DNA of 11,254 bases from an archaeon (GTDB taxonomy: Archaea; Asgardarchaeota; Thorarchaeia; Thorarchaeales; Thorarchaeaceae): the NCBI GenBank assembly GCA_024276825.1, contig JAJRWI010000036.1, positions 1 to 11,254 on the forward strand, given 5' to 3'. The translations under genes were made by a program, and so were the position numbers. Within the stretch, counting starts at the first letter, position 1. Each line of letters opens with the position of its first letter. The notes below the pieces were generated by a model that saw only the letters and a program-made list of their open reading frames with translations, was not told the origin of the DNA and ran no database searches. Below, one piece after another: positions 7,914 to 11,254 of the stretch.

Positions 7914-7978
7914 TGGCAAGATTAATAGCAACTGCGACTACTAAAGACTTGTTAGAATGCTAGAGGACGGGAAAAACA

Positions 7979-8407
7979 ATAGAATCCAACAGAAGAGCAA
8001 GATATCTGACGAAACTTGCTCATGCAAGGCATCGACTTGATTTGGTAAGCACTTGGCTAACAGAGCCAAATGCAATTGAAGATGAAAAGACAATTCTTGC
8101 AATCGGTAAAGCAATTCAAGAAGCCATAGAAGCTTCAACTGATATTTTGTCAATGTTATTGAAAGATGAATCTCAACCTCCACTTGATGATCATTCTAAC
8201 ATAGATAGAGCAATTAATTTGGGGATATTCAGTAAAAAAATAGGAAATGCAATGCATGAAGCAAATGGACTACGAAACAGACTAGTACATGGATATAATG
8301 GGATTAATACTTCATTGATGTTTGAGAGCATAAAACGATTGATTCCCTTGATTCACGAGTGTTTGGGGATGATGGAACAGTGGCTAAATCTGAAATCGAA
8401 AGTCTGA
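7979..8407 (+). CDS. hepT: HepT/DUF86 (HEPN) RNase toxin with non-canonical or mutated start (ATA)
   Basis: RX4HXY motif RNRLVHGY, plus QEAIEA..DI and P.DD..NI segments. The frame is open upstream of the track's TTG 8042: (I)ESNRRARYLTKLAHARHRLDLVSTW, bounded by TAG 7961..7963. SD-like GAGGACGG (7963..7970) precedes ATA 7979. Length 142 aa from the ATA. Confidence 0.85.
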   Translation: MESNRRARYLTKLAHARHRLDLVSTWLTEPNAIEDEKTILAIGKAIQEAIEASTDILSMLLKDESQPPLDDHSNIDRAINLGIFSKKIGNAMHEANGLRNRLVHGYNGINTSLMFESIKRLIPLIHECLGMMEQWLNLKSKV

Positions 8408-8760
8408 AACACGAATTAGAATGTATCATTGATATTCCAGGAGTGGAAGCTGTTTTATTATTCGGTTCCAAAATTAGTGGAAATGATACCTCTCGCAGTG
8501 ATACTGATGTCTGCATTGTTGCACCCAAGATTACTGAAAAAAAAGAGCAGTCACAACTCCTAGGAAAGATTTGGCAACACCTCAATCCAGATGTCTATGA
8601 TGTATGGCTCTTTGAAGAACTTCCACTGTATATGAAAATGAGCGTGATTTCTAATCATATCATAGTTGCTTGCAGAGACATCCCAGCACTTTTCGAGTAC
8701 TTCTATCCCTTTCGCAAAATCTGGGCAGATCAGGCCCATAGGCAGATTGTAAAGTTCTAG
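8380..8760 (+). CDS. mntA: MNT nucleotidyltransferase antitoxin, about 126 aa
   Basis: GSX10DXD motif (GSKISGNDTSRSDTD) and YDVWLFEELPLYMK. Probable start GTG 8380 with SD-like GGGGATGA (the track starts at 8359). Overlaps the HepT 3' end. Confidence 0.9.
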   Translation: MAKSEIESLKHELECIIDIPGVEAVLLFGSKISGNDTSRSDTDVCIVAPKITEKKEQSQLLGKIWQHLNPDVYDVWLFEELPLYMKMSVISNHIIVACRDIPALFEYFYPFRKIWADQAHRQIVKF

Positions 8761-9039
8761 GAGTTGGACTGGCAATTATGTGAGTGAAAGATGTAAGGCC
8801 TTGGTTCAGTATATGGAATTATTGAAATGGAACGATATTTGCAAGAACTACTCTCTTACTAAAATCACAATTATTGGATAAGGCATCTTTATATCACAGG
8901 TGCAAAAGAAGTTGAAAATATCAATTCATCCAAAGGGCTGATCCTATAATGTAAACATGAGTATTTTAGATGAAATGTCAAGTAATTAACATAATATGCT
9001 GTAGCTGAAAAACCACTGAAATCAAATGAGAGAGAGCAA

Positions 9040-10356
9040 ATGACACCAGAGGAAATATTGGAAATGTTCAAAACGAAAAGAATTGATGATGGCTGGTCAT
9101 TTGCAAATTTCAAGCCATCTGATACGAGTAAATGGACACATGGTTATCATCGCTATCCTGCAAAATTCATTCCACAGTTAGTTGAAAGATTATTGGATGA
9201 ATATATTTCCCAAGAAGAGGCGCACATTAACGATCCCTTCTATGGTTGCGGCACTACTATTGTCACTGCGATATCAAGAGGACTCAAAGCCAGTGGTACA
9301 GACATCAATAGAATAGCCTATCTAATAACCAAGGTGAAATCAACTCCAATTGAACCATCTTATCTTGACAGAAAAATCAAGAATTTTTTGTCAAGGATAG
9401 CATTTTCTGATGGCATACAGACAACATTAACTCGATCAAAAAGCGTTGAACCATTAATTCCATCCAGACATTTGGAAAGAATAGATTACTGGTTTACTGA
9501 GGAGATCAAAATTGAACTTGGCAAAATACTAAGAATAATTCATGAAGAAGAGGATGAAGTAATTAGGAACTTTTTACTAGTAGCTTTTAGTCACATCCTG
9601 AAAAACTGCTCAATATGGCTTCAGAAAAGCACAAAGCCCACAAGGGACTTCAAGAAGAAACCTGCAAAGCCATATGACGCAATGAGAAAGCATCTGAAGA
9701 AGATGCAGAGGGGAAATGATCAGTTTTATAGAATCGTTTTTCAAAGAGTAAGAGAAAATATCGATGATTACTTGAATATAAGAATAGGAGATGCAAGAAA
9801 CCAACTTACTCCTAATAATAGCGTAGACCTAATTGTGACTTCTAGTCCTTATGTCACAAGCTACGAATATGCAGATCTACATCAATTATCAACTATCTGG
9901 CTTGATCTCGTTGATGATTTGTCTGATTATAAAAGAGAGTTCATTGGAACCTCTTACAAAAAGTATGATGAAAAGAATCTGCGTAGTGAGATTGCAAGGA
10001 GTATAGTTGAAAAAATGACAGAAATAGACTTGAAGATGGCAAAAGAAATTGAAGCCTTTTTCATTGACATGCAAGAGGTGTTTGATGAGAGCTTTCGGAT
10101 CTTGAAATCTGGTGGCAGATGCTGTTATGTGATTGGCGATACAAGACTAAAGGGAATTGATATATTAAATGCAGAAGTCTTCACAGAAAGCCTACAGTAT
10201 TCAGGCTTTGAGATTGATAGAATTATTAAGAGAGAAATTCCTCTAAAGATTCTCCCTCAAAAGAGGGATGAAAAAACAGGTAGATTTGCAAGCAATAACA
10301 ACGCAAACTCTGAAGCCTATCCATTTGAATATATTGTAATTGGACAAAAGAAGTGA
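9040..10356 (+). CDS. Type II site-specific DNA amino-methyltransferase, probably N4-cytosine, alpha motif order, 438 aa
   Basis: THGYHRYPAKFIP, SAM-binding motif I DPFYGCGTT, a long central TRD-like region, motif IV variant VTSSPY (9841..9852), and later RILKSGG.CCYVIGD. Confidence 0.92.
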   Translation: MTPEEILEMFKTKRIDDGWSFANFKPSDTSKWTHGYHRYPAKFIPQLVERLLDEYISQEEAHINDPFYGCGTTIVTAISRGLKASGTDINRIAYLITKVKSTPIEPSYLDRKIKNFLSRIAFSDGIQTTLTRSKSVEPLIPSRHLERIDYWFTEEIKIELGKILRIIHEEEDEVIRNFLLVAFSHILKNCSIWLQKSTKPTRDFKKKPAKPYDAMRKHLKKMQRGNDQFYRIVFQRVRENIDDYLNIRIGDARNQLTPNNSVDLIVTSSPYVTSYEYADLHQLSTIWLDLVDDLSDYKREFIGTSYKKYDEKNLRSEIARSIVEKMTEIDLKMAKEIEAFFIDMQEVFDESFRILKSGGRCCYVIGDTRLKGIDILNAEVFTESLQYSGFEIDRIIKREIPLKILPQKRDEKTGRFASNNNANSEAYPFEYIVIGQKK

Positions 10357-11048
10357 AAACAATAGATTTTGAAGATTTGAAACGACTCTATTTTATTAAG
10401 AAAGATCAATTTGGACCCGATGCATATAAACACATTTCTGAATTATTGAGAGAGGCAAAAGAAATTCACAAAAAAGATTGGCAGCAGAATCCTACTCCAA
10501 TGAAAGATCACTAGCAAAGCTGGCGTGCATTCAAAGGGAAGAATCTGGAAAAATTGATTCAATATATCATTACTGAAGAAGTTGAAAATCTTGGGCTAAG
10601 AGTTGTCAGTGGCAATAAACTAGAACGATCATCAGATTTGCCTATCGAATTGAGCAGAGTAAAAAGGAACCTGGTTGTTAATTATGGAGAATTTGGTATG
10701 CATTTACCTGATGCTGACATTATAATTTATCATCCAGAAACCTGTAAGGTGTTGGCTGCCATTTCAACCAAGGTCACTCTGCGAGAGAGGATTGCTCAAA
10801 CAGGATATTGGAAATTCAAACTCATGCAGGATGATGCCACCAAGCATATCCGAGTGTATTTTATCACGCCCGATGAGGATGGAACATTGACTCACAAAGA
10901 ACCCGCAAAGAAAGGAAGGGCGATTGTTGAAGTGGATCTGGATGGTAGCTATGTATTGACAGAAGAAGAAATTGAAGAGAGTGAGAAGGTCAAATTGTTT
11001 GAGCATTTTATTGATGATCTGAAGAGTCTATTAGATAATGATGCATGA
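10353..11048 (+). pseudogene. BsaWI-like (CCGG family) type II restriction endonuclease with in-frame TAG
   Basis: GTG 10353 overlaps the MTase stop (GTGA) and reads VKTIDFEDLKRLY...AYKHISELLREAKEIHKKDW...KDH*QSWRAFKGKNLEKLIQY into track ORF 10554..11048. TAG is at 10512..10514 (codon 54 of 231). Catalytic LPDAD and STKVTLRERIAQ carry the R-(D/E)R motif of CCGG-family REases. Family assignment is from recalled motifs, not a search. Confidence 0.85.
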
Positions 11049-11059
11049 TCCTTTTTTCT
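11049..11059 (+). terminator. Candidate archaeal oligo(dT) terminator
   Basis: TCCTTTTTTCT immediately after the REase stop, between convergent genes. Confidence 0.35.
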
Positions 11060-11154
11060 ATTCAGATTGCCATCTTATTTACAGCGATTCATATCTCGCC
11101 CAGAATAGCTTTGAAACATTACTCTCAAAACTATGGCAATAATATTGAATCCCC

Positions 11155-11254
11155 TCAATCTGATAGAATCTCTCGAATTATCTGGTCTTCAATTGGCTTG
11201 TAATCAAGGTATTCCATCAGTAACCTCTCAATGAATCTGTATCTGAACTCATCA
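11155..11254 (-). CDS. C-terminus of a gene entering from the right edge, probably a third MNT-type nucleotidyltransferase
   Basis: Frame from 11253 reads DEFRYRFIERLLMEYLDYKPIEDQIIREILSD* (TGA 11157..11155). It resembles the R..F.....EYLD(F/Y)KP C-terminal helix of MntA-type antitoxins. Not in the ORF track. Confidence 0.55.
   Translation of the reverse strand, partial: DEFRYRFIERLLMEYLDYKPIEDQIIREILSD

Noticed and set aside
10512-10514. TAG in the REase as pyrrolysine or amber recoding
   Set aside because: TAG is the normal stop of the HDAC, a permease, the ABC ATPase, the zinc-finger gene and MNT-2 in this window. No pyl genes are seen.
5962-11006. Track ORFs 5962..6198, 7463..7675, 7478..7747, 7941..8183, 8304..8585, 8560..8775, 8889..9113, 9610..9804, 9889..10074, 10764..11006
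   Set aside because: They overlap well-supported genes in other frames or strands and have no recognisable features.
7835-11075. 9-bp inverted match AGATGGCAA (7835..7843 and 11067..11075) flanking the TA/R-M block as terminal inverted repeats
   Set aside because: Too short, the same 9-mer also occurs inside the MTase, and there is no transposase or target-site duplication.
1-11254. CRISPR array, tRNA, rRNA, integrase or transposase
   Set aside because: No regularly spaced repeats, cloverleaf or T-loop signatures, or recombinase motifs were found by eye.

Overview
Prokaryotic window that looks archaeal; Asgard/Thorarchaeia-like is my inference, not demonstrated. It is a mosaic of GC-richer housekeeping genes and AT-richer accessory or defence genes. 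Left to right: a decayed MNT-HepT (type VII) toxin-antitoxin pair (antitoxin frameshifted, toxin with an internal TGA); a Zn-dependent HDAC/AcuC-family deacetylase; a three-gene ABC-2 exporter operon whose upstream region carries a 15-bp inverted repeat; an unannotated multi-pass membrane protein ending in an 8-Cys RING-like zinc finger; an EamA/DMT transporter followed by the first 10 codons of a truncated HAD hydrolase; a second, toxin-first HepT-MNT pair whose toxin appears to begin at ATA; a type II R-M locus (amino-methyltransferase with an open frame and an SSPY motif, plus a BsaWI/CCGG-family endonuclease interrupted by TAG); and the C-terminus of a probable third MNT at the right edge. 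The most notable signals are the membrane-anchored RING-like protein, lesions in all three nucleases, the HAD breakpoint at the island edge and the structured ABC leader. No rRNA, tRNA, CRISPR array, transposase or integrase was seen.
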